Notes under the pieces: model-generated
What the model was told of the DNA's origin: nothing
The model's input: only the letters and a program-made list of their open reading frames with translations
Databases searched by the model: none
Shown here: positions 9,189-19,159 of the stretch, in pieces
Layout: every line of letters begins with the position of its first letter
Numbering within the stretch: the first letter of the stretch is position 1
DNA from: Patescibacteria group bacterium
Lineage (GTDB): Bacteria > Patescibacteriota > Gracilibacteria > UBA1369 > 2-02-FULL-48-14
Assembly: GCA_018816805.1 (NCBI GenBank)
Contig: JAHIVE010000015.1
Location: 31,104 to 95,103 of the forward strand
DNA: 64,000 nucleotides
Reading direction: 5' to 3'
Translations under genes and position numbers: made by a program

Positions 9189-10079
9189 TTAATCTTGGAT
9201 GCGGCCGATTTTCTCCCAAATTATATGATGAACGTGAGCTGGGGAATCTTCGCCAACTAGGAAGCCATACATTTTAAGGTTTTCCTTTTTGTGGAAGAGG
9301 TAGTTTAGGAATGTGTAGCCGATTACCAGGAATGGAAGCATGAATGAGGTCACGTTCATTTCCAAGAAAATGTTGAAGATTGCGTGGAGGAGCACTGCTA
9401 TGAGAAGGCCTTCGGTTAGTTTTTCAGTGGCGAAGACGCGGTTTTTCTTGAAGTGGGTGCGGTGGAGAAGATTTACGAGTGGGTGGCGTTTTTCTCGGAC
9501 TTTCTCTGCGTAGATTGGGTCGGCAAAGTAGGCGATTCCGTAGAAATATCCATAAATTCCAGAGAACAGAACGTGTGCAAAGGTCGAAAAAAGTGACCTG
9601 AACACAAATGAGATTAGAACCGTATCCGTTCCCTGGAATTCCCATATGTAATAAAAATAAAGTACGTTTTCAATGAAGGCGAACCCGAGAGCGGCCAGGA
9701 TTGAAAATTCAATTGCGTCGTCTATGTTGCGGAAAAAGCCGCGGTCTGTTTGGACGACTACTCGATGTTTTAGGTATTCTTCAATAACTCCCACCAGCAT
9801 GAAGGCTAGAATTGTGCCAACAGGCAGAAACAGAAGTGGGCTGAAGCCGAGTACGTCGGCTTGCATGGTCTCTGTGTAGTTGAAGAAATTGATTTGCGGG
9901 AAATATTGCCAACTCCATTTGTATGCGAGCATGGGTAGAACGGCGAGCATTCCAATTATAAATGTGGCGATTGCTTTTGGTTTGTAGACCGGGTCTTTTT
10001 TGTAAAAGATATAGCCCCACATTAGCGCGGGAATGCTCGCCAGTAATATTGATAATGCTGCTTGCGTGATTTGTGGCAT
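9189..10079 (-). CDS. PrsW-family intramembrane protease-like protein
   Basis: Polytopic membrane protein with 'IEEYLKH', 'FAHVLFSG' and 'LLHAIFNIF' motifs, matching the EExxK / H / HxxxN pattern of the PrsW family. Confidence 0.6.
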   Translation of the reverse strand: MPQITQAALSILLASIPALMWGYIFYKKDPVYKPKAIATFIIGMLAVLPMLAYKWSWQYFPQINFFNYTETMQADVLGFSPLLFLPVGTILAFMLVGVIEEYLKHRVVVQTDRGFFRNIDDAIEFSILAALGFAFIENVLYFYYIWEFQGTDTVLISFVFRSLFSTFAHVLFSGIYGYFYGIAYFADPIYAEKVREKRHPLVNLLHRTHFKKNRVFATEKLTEGLLIAVLLHAIFNIFLEMNVTSFMLPFLVIGYTFLNYLFHKKENLKMYGFLVGEDSPAHVHHIIWEKIGRIQD

Positions 10080-10165
10080 TTTTTTATGGTTCTAATCTGT
10101 TAATTATACCATAAAATGTGTGTGTGTGCAAGGAGCTTGGGTGTTTTTGTGCGGGAAAGTCGCTA

Positions 10166-10750
10166 TTATTCAGTATCTATAACTATACCGGCCCCGATCC
10201 TGACGGCAGCAGTTTTGGAAGATACAACTGCTTCTTCTCTCGGATTCGGGTCGAGTCGTTTTGCCAGTTGCAAATGCATTTCATCCGTGATTGAATCCAA
10301 GACTATTTGTAAAAATTGGAGGGCGGCTGCTTCTGTTACAACTTCTTGCATTGATTCATCGTCGGCGTTGTAAAATTCACCCAAGACGGAGAATGCTACA
10401 TGCGTGTCAATTCTGCCTTGAAGATTTGAGAGATGCCAAAGAATGTTATGAAAATGATGATCGCTTTCAATTTCTCTTACGTTTGTTGTTTCAGTTGCTG
10501 CTCCTATTGAAAATTCGGATGCTAAAAAATTAAGTAGAATATTTTTAGCTTCTTCATCAGTACCACAGATTTTGAATAATTTATTCAATCTTTTTGACAC
10601 AATATTGTCAAATTCCGCTCTGTTAACGTTTAATTCTTGAAAAGGTTCTCCCAGAAATTGTCTGGCTGTGTCAGCTGAAACGTTTAAGCCTGTGGTTTCC
10701 TGATATGTTTTGATTTCCGCCATTTTGTATAATAAAAAATAAGGATTCAT
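10166..10750 (-). CDS. Hypothetical protein (194 aa)
   Basis: Long ORF 30 nt downstream of recF on the same strand. I recognise no motif. Confidence 0.5.
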   Translation of the reverse strand: MNPYFLLYKMAEIKTYQETTGLNVSADTARQFLGEPFQELNVNRAEFDNIVSKRLNKLFKICGTDEEAKNILLNFLASEFSIGAATETTNVREIESDHHFHNILWHLSNLQGRIDTHVAFSVLGEFYNADDESMQEVVTEAAALQFLQIVLDSITDEMHLQLAKRLDPNPREEAVVSSKTAAVRIGAGIVIDTE

Positions 10751-10780
10751 TTTAGCAAATTTGTGGGGGTTGGGTCAATT

Positions 10781-11848
10781 TTATTCGCTAATCCTCCCCC
10801 GCTCCACCCGGAAGATTTTTACTTTTGGGAGGGATTGGACATGGGCGAGTTCCGTGGTTGTGATGATGCTTTGGTAGCCTTTGAGGAGGGTGCCGAGGTG
10901 GGCTTGGCGGGATTCGTCGAGTTCGGAGAAGACGTCATCAAGGAGCAGGAGTGGTTTTTGTTTGGTTTTTTCTTCAATGTAGTGGATTTCTGCGATTTTG
11001 AGGGCGAGGACGGCGGATCTGCATTCTCCACGGGAGCCGGTTTCAGAGAGTCGGCGGGTGTTTAGGCGAATGGTGAAGTCGTCGCGGTGGGGGCCGAGGG
11101 TTGTGGCGCCGTAGCGTATGTCCGATTCACGGCATGCGACTAGGTTTTCTTCAAAGTTTTCCTGGGGTTGGTAGTGGATGGTGAGTTTTTCAGTTGTGCC
11201 TGCAATTTGAGTGTAGAGGTCTGTGATTTTTTCTTGGATGCTTTCGACGAAACGGCGGCGGAAATTCCAGATTTTTTCGGCTTCGGCTATCAAGGCGGCG
11301 TCCCAAAGGTCGAGTTCCCAGAGAGCGGCTTGTTTATGTTGGATTCTTTTGAGGAGGGCGTTTCTTTGTTTGAGGGTGCGTTGGTAGTTTGTGAAGGCTT
11401 CAAGGTAGACGGGGTCGAGTTGGATCAGAAGGCGGTCGAAAAATTGGCGGCGGAGGGAGGGGCTGCCGTCGACCATAAGGAGGGTTTCCGGGGTGAAAAG
11501 GACTACGCGGAAGGTGCCAAGAAAGTCTTTGGGCGGGACGAGTAGGTCGTTTTTTTTGATTTTTTTGGTTTCCGGGTCGCGCTGGAGGAAAATTTCAAGG
11601 TCAGTTTTGCGTTTCTTGTCTGTGAGAGTTGCTCGGATGCGGCCGTGGGGTCTTTCATGATTTAAAGTTTCCAGGTAGCGGCGGGCGCGGAAAGATTTGC
11701 CAAGTGCAAGAAATGCCACGCTCTCAAGCAGGTTGGTTTTGCCCTGGGCGTTTTCACCGACCAGAGCGATTGTTTGGTGGTTTTTGAGGTCGAGGGTGAG
11801 CTGGTCGTAGTTGCGAAAGGACTCGAGATGGAGGGAGGATAGGTGCAT
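10781..11848 (-). CDS. recF: DNA replication/repair protein RecF
   Basis: 'LESFRNY', Walker A 'GENAQGKTNLLE', Walker B 'LLLLDDVFSELD', 355 aa. Confidence 0.95.
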   Translation of the reverse strand: MHLSSLHLESFRNYDQLTLDLKNHQTIALVGENAQGKTNLLESVAFLALGKSFRARRYLETLNHERPHGRIRATLTDKKRKTDLEIFLQRDPETKKIKKNDLLVPPKDFLGTFRVVLFTPETLLMVDGSPSLRRQFFDRLLIQLDPVYLEAFTNYQRTLKQRNALLKRIQHKQAALWELDLWDAALIAEAEKIWNFRRRFVESIQEKITDLYTQIAGTTEKLTIHYQPQENFEENLVACRESDIRYGATTLGPHRDDFTIRLNTRRLSETGSRGECRSAVLALKIAEIHYIEEKTKQKPLLLLDDVFSELDESRQAHLGTLLKGYQSIITTTELAHVQSLPKVKIFRVERGRISE

Positions 11849-11893
11849 GGAGTTAGATTAAAGCTTCCGTTTGTGGCTCACCATAATCAAGGC

Positions 11894-11922
11894 TTGACAA
11901 ATGTGGGTTTTTGGTTTAGAAT
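11894..11922 (+). promoter_or_regulatory. Sigma70-like promoter for the 11944-20572 operon
   Basis: TTGACA (11894-11899), a 17-nt spacer, then TAGAAT (11917-11922), 22 nt upstream of the ATG. Confidence 0.55.
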
Positions 11923-11943
11923 GGCGGCTCGTAATTTTTTCCT

Positions 11944-14900
11944 ATGTCTGAAATTGATGTACCTACTCCTGTCGAGTCTCAAGATGAGGCTCAACTCCCA
12001 ACGCTTAAATTTAAGAAGGTTTTTCAGTCAAAAGAACCGATAGCCGGGAATGCCAAAGATCTTATTGCTGCTGAAAAATGGGGGGAATATACTATTGTTT
12101 TGAGGAAGCCGATATTGTCACCACCGACTCCGATACCAGAACTTGGTGAAAATCCTAGAAATCTACCTAAGCAAGAGCCACTTATAATTATTGATGGTGA
12201 GGGGCGTGAGGTGGTTGATTTTGGATTGATTTCAGGTTTGGAAGTTACGGTTTCAATAAAAGAATATTGTACTTCTTTGAGGAAATCATATGTCTGCGAT
12301 GATGAATATGATGCTACTAAAGATGATATATATGTTAAAACACTCCCAAAGCATTTTCAGAAAAAGGCGCAGGAGGCAATAAATAAGGAAAATAGACATT
12401 GGATCGACGTGAATGATATTTTGGATATAACTTCCAAACTTAGTTCTGATAAAACAGAGATTTCATTATATATGGGTGGAAAATATGTGGTTCTTTTTGA
12501 TCCTTGTGATAAAGGGTGGATTGCATATTTAACTCAAAATGAAGCAGGCGTGAGTCAAATTCCCCGGAACTGGAAGCGTTTTGATGCCGGGGCATTTTAT
12601 GAGATCCCGGAAGAATTATCAGTTCATATCAATAAGCTGAAGGAAGAAACTAAAATAGAGGGCAATGTTGTGGAATTGAGTGGGGAATATGAAGTCAGGG
12701 TTGGAGGAACAAAACTTCAGATTAGACAGGGTCCCAATGTTGTTCATGAAGAAACTTTAGCTGAGGTTGGTGATAATGTTTGTGTGGACCCTTCAAACCC
12801 TTCAATGGTTTATTTTTGTAGAAGTGAAAATCCTGAAGAATTGTATGTGTTGGATATTAGTGAGTCTCTTCCCTGGACTTCCAGACAAGCGCGGTTCCCA
12901 AAACAATATTCGTCCATAAAGAATCTTGGTTTTCATCCTTCAGGGAAATTTTTGACATTTTTGGATGGAAAAAATTTGGTTTTACTGTCAAAAAGCACTT
13001 TGGAGGAGATTGGAAGAATTGAGGGAGGGGCTTTTGCCCAGTGGGATGAGCAAGGGCGCATGCGAACTTTAGATAGTAAGGGGCATTTTATTGTTGTTAA
13101 ATTCAATTTGGACAAAATTGACAACGCTATCCAAGCAAGAAGGGTGGCTGAACTTGCAAGAGGTGTTGATATTGAAGCTATGTTTGAAGGTGTACAAGGG
13201 CCTCAAAGTAATGAGAGTGCCGGTGAGGGTGATGGACAGGAAGATTTTAGTTATTTGGACGAATTTAAAGCAAAAGCGATTGCTGTTGCCAGAAAGAAGC
13301 TTAGTCGAGCGAATGATTTGACGGCTTTAGATGTGATTGGTGGACAAGTTAACGTACTTGAAACGCAACTTGCGGGACAAGGGTTGGATTCGGCTGCTGT
13401 GGCATACGTTAGTGGTGGTGTGATAGAAATGATTGAAAAAAGGAAAACTGAGCTTGCAGAACCTGTTGTACGAGAGGCTTTGGGGCGTGTTCGCGCTATG
13501 CTTGCTTCACTTTCTGTGAGGGCTATTTCAGAGATTCGGGAGGATTTGAGTGAGTTGGATGGGCTTTTGGGAAGTGTTGAGGTTGAGGTGAGGGATGAAG
13601 TTAGGGATGTTCGTGATGGTTTTAGGTTGGAAGTGGCGAGGTTTTTTGAGAAAGAGGCCGGGAAAATTAAATGCCAGGTGAATTCTATGGTTGAAAAGGC
13701 CCGGAATGATTTGGATGGTTTTGAGAGTAAAAGGGATTTTGATGAGTGGCTGCATGATATTTATCCCGCAATGAGGCGGAATTTGGGTGAACTTGAGGCG
13801 GATTGTCCGCTTGAGGCGACTGAGGCGCATGAGGCGATTACTTTGGCTAAAACAACACTGAGAGACCTTGCGGATCAATATGAAAAGAGGTTTGAGATGG
13901 AATATGCGGCTGTTCGTGAACGGGCGGCTGAGCATGTGAAGGCGTCTGCGGATGATTTAAAAAAAGATATTGCTCGCTTTTTGAAGGGTTTAAAACGGAA
14001 GGGATTTAAAAGTCGAACGGATGCTGAGCGTTATATAAATGAAAGTTCAGAGCGTGAGATGATTGAGGATGCAATTGGGGCGCTTGGTAGGCGGAATGAA
14101 GAATTGGCGAATTCGCTTTCCAGACAATTAAAGTCTGATTTGGCGCTTGCGGTTGATGCAATTGAAAGAGGAAAAGCTACAACTGTTGTGGAAAGTGGTG
14201 AACAGATGGTTGATTTGGGAGGAGTTGCTTTCCCTCGTTTTGAGGCGAAGGTAAAACGGAAAGAGATGCCAACTGTTACTCCGACTTTTGTTCGTGATCA
14301 GCGAACAGTTGGGCCGGGTGTTAAACCGGCGGACGTTTACGGGGATATTTGTTTGAGAGTGAAAGATGCGCATGGGAAAGTGAAAGTGATTCGGCTTTTT
14401 GAAGGCAGAAATGATGAGGACGAATGGCGAAATTCGGAGCTGACCGGAATTGAACTTAGAGGTGGCTCTGTAAAGTCTTCATATATGCAGCATGGTGATT
14501 TTGCAGCATTTAGAAAACAATTTTTGGCTTGGGGAACAGAGGATGCGCCCGGGGTGCTTCGTGTTCAGTATGAGGAGAAGCGTGAAGCTGTGAAAGAGTG
14601 TTATGCTCGTCGGCATAAAGTTGGTGAGCGTGGGACTGAGGATGTCCATTGGCAGCTTGAATATAGGCGACTTTTGGAGGAGTATGCGAATTTCTGCAGC
14701 GAAAATAATATTGCGCTTTTGAGGCAAGTGGACAGGCAGCTTGAGGCTGAATGTGCAGTTGATCCAAACGGAAAGGGTGTTGTGCCGGAATGGAAGTCGG
14801 ATTGGACTTCAGACAGTTTGACGGAGGAATATTTGGCGGATATGGCACGGAATTTGAATTTGCAAAGAACAAAGAAAGAAGGACTTTTAATGCTTGCGGG

Positions 14901-15882
14901 GCATGCTGGTACCGGTAAGGACGTTTTGGTCCAGATGTTCTGTAATTTAACTAACAGACCTTACGCCGGATTTAACTGTACAAAGTGGACAACTGAAGCT
15001 GATTTGGTTGAAGATGTGCAGCTTGAATCTGTTGATGGTTCGGTTAGGACCGTGAAAGTACCTTCAATTATTGCCAGAGCAATTCAAACCGATGGTTCGG
15101 TTGTGTATTTGAATGAGTTTAATGCTATGCCGCATACAGCGCAGCTTGCAATTCATTCGCTTTTGGATGCTAAGAGAATTTTAATTCCACCAACGAGTCC
15201 GGATAAACCGGTGAAAGCAGTTGATTCGGTTCTGTTTGTTGCTTCAATGAATGAAGATTATGAGGGAACTGAGGATCCAAACTTTGCAACAAAGAGTCGT
15301 ATGAGTTACACAAGAATTGGATATCCACCTTTGACCAGGCCGGCTGCTAAAGAAGATCCGAATCAGAATCCTTTGTTTGATTCTGCAGAGGCTCTGCGTA
15401 TTGCAAGATGGGTTTCTTCTTTAATTGATTTAACTTGGGAACCGCAGGCGGATAGAAATGCTTTTGTGAAGATGTGGGATAAGTATATAAACGGAACCGG
15501 AGATGGGCAAACCCCTACCCCGGAGCAGAAATTTGACCTTGATGTAATTCTTTCACTCGTGCAGTTTGGTGCGCATTTCAGGGATTCGTTTATTGCAAAA
15601 TTCAATAGGAGTCATGATAGATCCGCTAGAAATCTTCGCAAGAAATTGCCTGTGGAAGGTCCGCTTACAATGCGTGAAATGACTTCCGCTGCGTGGTATT
15701 TAAGTGACTGTATTTCAAGTGAAGAAAAACTTTCCGGCAAATTGAATCCGGAGGAAGTGGCTAAGATGCTTTTAACGAGATACTACATTGTTAAAACCAA
15801 GAGTGAGGCGGATCGCGATACTATGGAGCGGACGCTTGATACTGACGGCGTGTTTGCAATGCAAAAGCGTCTTGAGATTTAA
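11944..15882 (+). CDS. 1312-aa protein with a ~950-aa orphan N-terminal region fused to a C-terminal CbbQ/NorQ/GvpN-type (AAA_5, MoxR-clade) AAA+ module
   Basis: 'LAGHAGTGKD' (Walker A, 14899-14922). 'VVYLNEFNAMPHTAQLAIHSLLDAKRIL' (Walker B region, N-E at 15112-15117). 'LFVASMNE' (sensor 1). 'KSRM' (Arg). No signal peptide or TM segment. Confidence 0.75.
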   Translation: MSEIDVPTPVESQDEAQLPTLKFKKVFQSKEPIAGNAKDLIAAEKWGEYTIVLRKPILSPPTPIPELGENPRNLPKQEPLIIIDGEGREVVDFGLISGLEVTVSIKEYCTSLRKSYVCDDEYDATKDDIYVKTLPKHFQKKAQEAINKENRHWIDVNDILDITSKLSSDKTEISLYMGGKYVVLFDPCDKGWIAYLTQNEAGVSQIPRNWKRFDAGAFYEIPEELSVHINKLKEETKIEGNVVELSGEYEVRVGGTKLQIRQGPNVVHEETLAEVGDNVCVDPSNPSMVYFCRSENPEELYVLDISESLPWTSRQARFPKQYSSIKNLGFHPSGKFLTFLDGKNLVLLSKSTLEEIGRIEGGAFAQWDEQGRMRTLDSKGHFIVVKFNLDKIDNAIQARRVAELARGVDIEAMFEGVQGPQSNESAGEGDGQEDFSYLDEFKAKAIAVARKKLSRANDLTALDVIGGQVNVLETQLAGQGLDSAAVAYVSGGVIEMIEKRKTELAEPVVREALGRVRAMLASLSVRAISEIREDLSELDGLLGSVEVEVRDEVRDVRDGFRLEVARFFEKEAGKIKCQVNSMVEKARNDLDGFESKRDFDEWLHDIYPAMRRNLGELEADCPLEATEAHEAITLAKTTLRDLADQYEKRFEMEYAAVRERAAEHVKASADDLKKDIARFLKGLKRKGFKSRTDAERYINESSEREMIEDAIGALGRRNEELANSLSRQLKSDLALAVDAIERGKATTVVESGEQMVDLGGVAFPRFEAKVKRKEMPTVTPTFVRDQRTVGPGVKPADVYGDICLRVKDAHGKVKVIRLFEGRNDEDEWRNSELTGIELRGGSVKSSYMQHGDFAAFRKQFLAWGTEDAPGVLRVQYEEKREAVKECYARRHKVGERGTEDVHWQLEYRRLLEEYANFCSENNIALLRQVDRQLEAECAVDPNGKGVVPEWKSDWTSDSLTEEYLADMARNLNLQRTKKEGLLMLAGHAGTGKDVLVQMFCNLTNRPYAGFNCTKWTTEADLVEDVQLESVDGSVRTVKVPSIIARAIQTDGSVVYLNEFNAMPHTAQLAIHSLLDAKRILIPPTSPDKPVKAVDSVLFVASMNEDYEGTEDPNFATKSRMSYTRIGYPPLTRPAAKEDPNQNPLFDSAEALRIARWVSSLIDLTWEPQADRNAFVKMWDKYINGTGDGQTPTPEQKFDLDVILSLVQFGAHFRDSFIAKFNRSHDRSARNLRKKLPVEGPLTMREMTSAAWYLSDCISSEEKLSGKLNPEEVAKMLLTRYYIVKTKSEADRDTMERTLDTDGVFAMQKRLEI

Positions 15883-15899
15883 TTTTCTAACCTGGTAAA

Positions 15900-18800
15900 A
15901 TGGCAGAAATTGATCCCAGAAAAGGTGAGAAGATTTCAAGAGAACGACTGCGAGATGTTGTCGCAGTTTCAAGACAGGTAAGTGAAAGCGGGACAAAGGT
16001 TTATCCCGGAGACAGGTGGGCTTTGCATTACACAGAGGATACTGCGGCACGGCAGGAGAAACTTCAGGGCCTTATGGCCGGGAGATATTCAGCTGCGGAT
16101 GTGGCGGCCAGTTTGAAGCCTGATGCACTTTTGTATGATGCTTCTGATTTTGAACGTGAGGATGCGGGTGCGGTTCTGGGGCGGATTCAGGATGAGGTGA
16201 ATAGGATTGATTATTTTGATTATGAGCGGTTTGCGTCGTTTCTTTCACGGATGAGTGTGAGTGGAGTTCCGTTGGATGCTTTGCAGAGAATTTACAGCGG
16301 GATTCAGAAAAATCGAACTCGGAAACAGTTTCATAATGCGTATGGATGGACAGGGAAGAAGAGAGTTGAAGCGATTGTTCGCGCTGAAATGGAAGGACTT
16401 TGTGATCGGTTATCCGGAATGGATGATTGGAGTGCTGTTTGTGCTGCTTTGTCTGCTGATTTTGCGTGTGAGGGACTGGGTTTGATTCGGACAAATGAGC
16501 GTGATGCGATTGTTAGTGGGCTTGATACCGGACAGCGGAAAGTTTTTGAATCTGTGAGGGAGCATGTTCGGTCTTATGTTGAACGTGGGAGTGAGAGGGC
16601 TTTTGAGTCTATCATGGAAAGTTTGAAGGGAGAGGAGCCGCAAAAGGAGCCGTTTGAGCCGAGTGAGGAGATGCAAAAGCTTCAAGAGGAGCTTGAGGAT
16701 TACATTGATGATGTTGGGCCTCCGGGTTCTTCAGAAGATCCGGCTATTCCACCGGATGACTGTGATGAATATAATGATCCGGGTGAACCCGGGCAAAGTG
16801 GCTCGGAGAGTCGTGAAAAGGAAGCTTCTCAAGCGTTTTTTGAAATTGAACCGGCCGGGGTTAGTACAAAGCCGCTTGTTGGATATTACTGCAGCGGTCG
16901 GAAAAGTTATTATGATGTGCCGAGGAAAACTTGGAGCAAAAAGAAGCAATTAACTTCGTATTCCGGGGTTATTGCGGGTGACGAAAGATGGAAAATTTCC
17001 GGGACCATTGAGGGTGATGTGAAGGCGCTGCCAATTCCGAACGGGTATGCGTTGGATATGTCTTCACTTTCCGGCGGTGTTCAGGTTTTCAGAGATCAGA
17101 ATGGGTGTTTTTATGTGCATTCTTCCGTACGAAGTTCATTTTCTGTGGACTTTTTGAAGGATCCAAACATGCATGTGGGAATGCCAATTCAGGAAGATTT
17201 GGCGCAGATTTATAGTGGTTCCTTGTCCGGTGGAAGTGAGGCGGTTTTAAAGCAAATTCAGTCGCTTCCCTCCCCTGCTCAGAAAGCGGATTTGGTGAGG
17301 GAGCATATTTTGGGGTCGCATTTTTATCCGGGTGGTGGAGATTTGAAGGCGGCGCAGGCGCTGCAACATAAGCTAAGGAGCGAGTCGAGTGCTGTGAATT
17401 ATTTGCAAAACCTTGATGCCAGTGAATATTTGGAATGTTATTCTGCGAATACGCTTTTTGTGGCAATGATGAGGAAGGCCGGTGTTCAGGCAAGGCTTGT
17501 TGTTGGGCATATGTTGGATGGTTCAAATGTGCGGGACGGGAAGTCAGTGATTGATCAGTCGACCGGGCATGCTTGGTCTGAAATTTGGGATGGAAGTGCT
17601 TGGGTGCGCTATGATGCTACGCCAAAACCTAAGCCGGAGGATAAGGATCCATCGCAGGATTCTGGGGATTCCGGTGGTCAAGGAGAAATGGAAAATGCGG
17701 ATGATGGGGGTTCGCAAGAGGAAGATGGTCAGCCGCAGGATGGTGGTTCGCAAGAGAGTGGTGAGGCCGGTGATATGACAAAAGATGTTCAAGATCAAGT
17801 TGATCAGCGAGTTGAGGAAGTTGAATCTTCTTCATCTGATTCGTCTGAAGGTATGCCGGAGGCGAGTGATACTGAAATGAGTGAGGCGGAGGCTGGAATG
17901 GAAGAGGCCACGCAGGAGATGGAAGCTATGGAGGAGAAAAAACGGGAAATGGAAAAGCAGGTTAAACAAGTGGAGAAGTTTCAGGATTTGCAGGATTTGA
18001 AGGACCAGCTTGAGAATGAAGACTTGTTTGAAGACATGAAGGATTCAGTTGAGGATTTGATTGATAAAAAGGAAGAGCAGATGAAAGATGAGATTCGGGA
18101 TCGTTTGGAGGACTTGGAGGATGCCGGGTTTGTTGATGAAAAGCGTCGTGAGGAGTTGGAGGATAAATTGGATGAGCTTGATTTGAATGAGCTTGATAAT
18201 TTACTTGAGCAAATTGACAGGGAGAGTGCTTTGTATGAGAAATATGAGGAAATTTGTGAGGAAGTTATGCCTTATGTGGAGGAGTGGTATAGATACATTG
18301 CTGAAAAGTTGCCACGGAAACTTGAACTTGAGCTTGATGAGGAAACTTTGATGCGTCAGGGGAAATTGAATCGGCGCAGTGTGCATAGATATTCAAATTT
18401 GCTATTTGGGACGGTTTACAATCCAAGGGTTTACAGAGCGTCTGTGAAACCAAAATTTTTGGCTTCAATTGTTTTGGATGTTTCCGGATCAATGAGTGGA
18501 GAAAAGCTACAAAATGCGTTGAAGCTTTTGGTTTTTTATTGTGAGCTTTTTAATATGATCAGCGCGAAGTTTGGGTATATTCGGTTTTCAATAAAAATAT
18601 TTGCTGACGGTGTGTGGGAAATTAAGGATTTTGGTCAGGATTATGATTCGTCAACGCGTTATGACTTTATGGACGGAACGAGTTCGACCATAAAAGTGCG
18701 GCTTATGACTGCAGTGCAGGCCGGTGGTGGAACGAATATGCTTGAGGCAATTCAAAAATCGGCTCGGGATATGACTGAGGAAACTTGGGAATATCCGGAT

Positions 18801-19076
18801 TATGCGTCGGCTTTGAATTTTATTGGTGATGGTGGAGACACTTGCGGGAATACAGGTAGAATTCGGCAGTTTATTGAAACTAAGGATGAGGAAGACGGAT
18901 TTGGGAATCATATGCATTTTGCAACTTTCTTGGGTGATGAGGCGCAAAGACAAGTGCTGGCGGATATTTTTGGGGATGAGCACACGTCCGTTGCAAGTGA
19001 CTTTGAAGAGTTGATTGGAGTTAGCATGGAGCAGTTTGGTGATCAGATTGAGGAATATGTTGATAGTATGAGTTAG
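15900..19076 (+). CDS. 1058-aa protein with a transglutaminase-like Cys-His-Asp core, a long D/E-rich region and a C-terminal VWA domain with a complete MIDAS
   Basis: 'ECYSANTLFVAMMRKAGVQARLVVGH' (Cys codon 17436-17438). 'GHAWSEIWDGSAWVRYDATP' (His 17568, Asp 17613). An acidic stretch spans about 17622-18270. MIDAS motifs are 'DVSGSMSG' (18477), 'GGGTN' and 'GDGGDT'. Confidence 0.8.
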   Translation: MAEIDPRKGEKISRERLRDVVAVSRQVSESGTKVYPGDRWALHYTEDTAARQEKLQGLMAGRYSAADVAASLKPDALLYDASDFEREDAGAVLGRIQDEVNRIDYFDYERFASFLSRMSVSGVPLDALQRIYSGIQKNRTRKQFHNAYGWTGKKRVEAIVRAEMEGLCDRLSGMDDWSAVCAALSADFACEGLGLIRTNERDAIVSGLDTGQRKVFESVREHVRSYVERGSERAFESIMESLKGEEPQKEPFEPSEEMQKLQEELEDYIDDVGPPGSSEDPAIPPDDCDEYNDPGEPGQSGSESREKEASQAFFEIEPAGVSTKPLVGYYCSGRKSYYDVPRKTWSKKKQLTSYSGVIAGDERWKISGTIEGDVKALPIPNGYALDMSSLSGGVQVFRDQNGCFYVHSSVRSSFSVDFLKDPNMHVGMPIQEDLAQIYSGSLSGGSEAVLKQIQSLPSPAQKADLVREHILGSHFYPGGGDLKAAQALQHKLRSESSAVNYLQNLDASEYLECYSANTLFVAMMRKAGVQARLVVGHMLDGSNVRDGKSVIDQSTGHAWSEIWDGSAWVRYDATPKPKPEDKDPSQDSGDSGGQGEMENADDGGSQEEDGQPQDGGSQESGEAGDMTKDVQDQVDQRVEEVESSSSDSSEGMPEASDTEMSEAEAGMEEATQEMEAMEEKKREMEKQVKQVEKFQDLQDLKDQLENEDLFEDMKDSVEDLIDKKEEQMKDEIRDRLEDLEDAGFVDEKRREELEDKLDELDLNELDNLLEQIDRESALYEKYEEICEEVMPYVEEWYRYIAEKLPRKLELELDEETLMRQGKLNRRSVHRYSNLLFGTVYNPRVYRASVKPKFLASIVLDVSGSMSGEKLQNALKLLVFYCELFNMISAKFGYIRFSIKIFADGVWEIKDFGQDYDSSTRYDFMDGTSSTIKVRLMTAVQAGGGTNMLEAIQKSARDMTEETWEYPDYASALNFIGDGGDTCGNTGRIRQFIETKDEEDGFGNHMHFATFLGDEAQRQVLADIFGDEHTSVASDFEELIGVSMEQFGDQIEEYVDSMS

Positions 19077-19159
19077 GGCTTTTGTTTAGCGATTTTTCTT
19101 GAGTTCGTTGGTTTTTTCCTATAAAAACACGGCGAACTTCATGCTACTTCACGCAAAAA

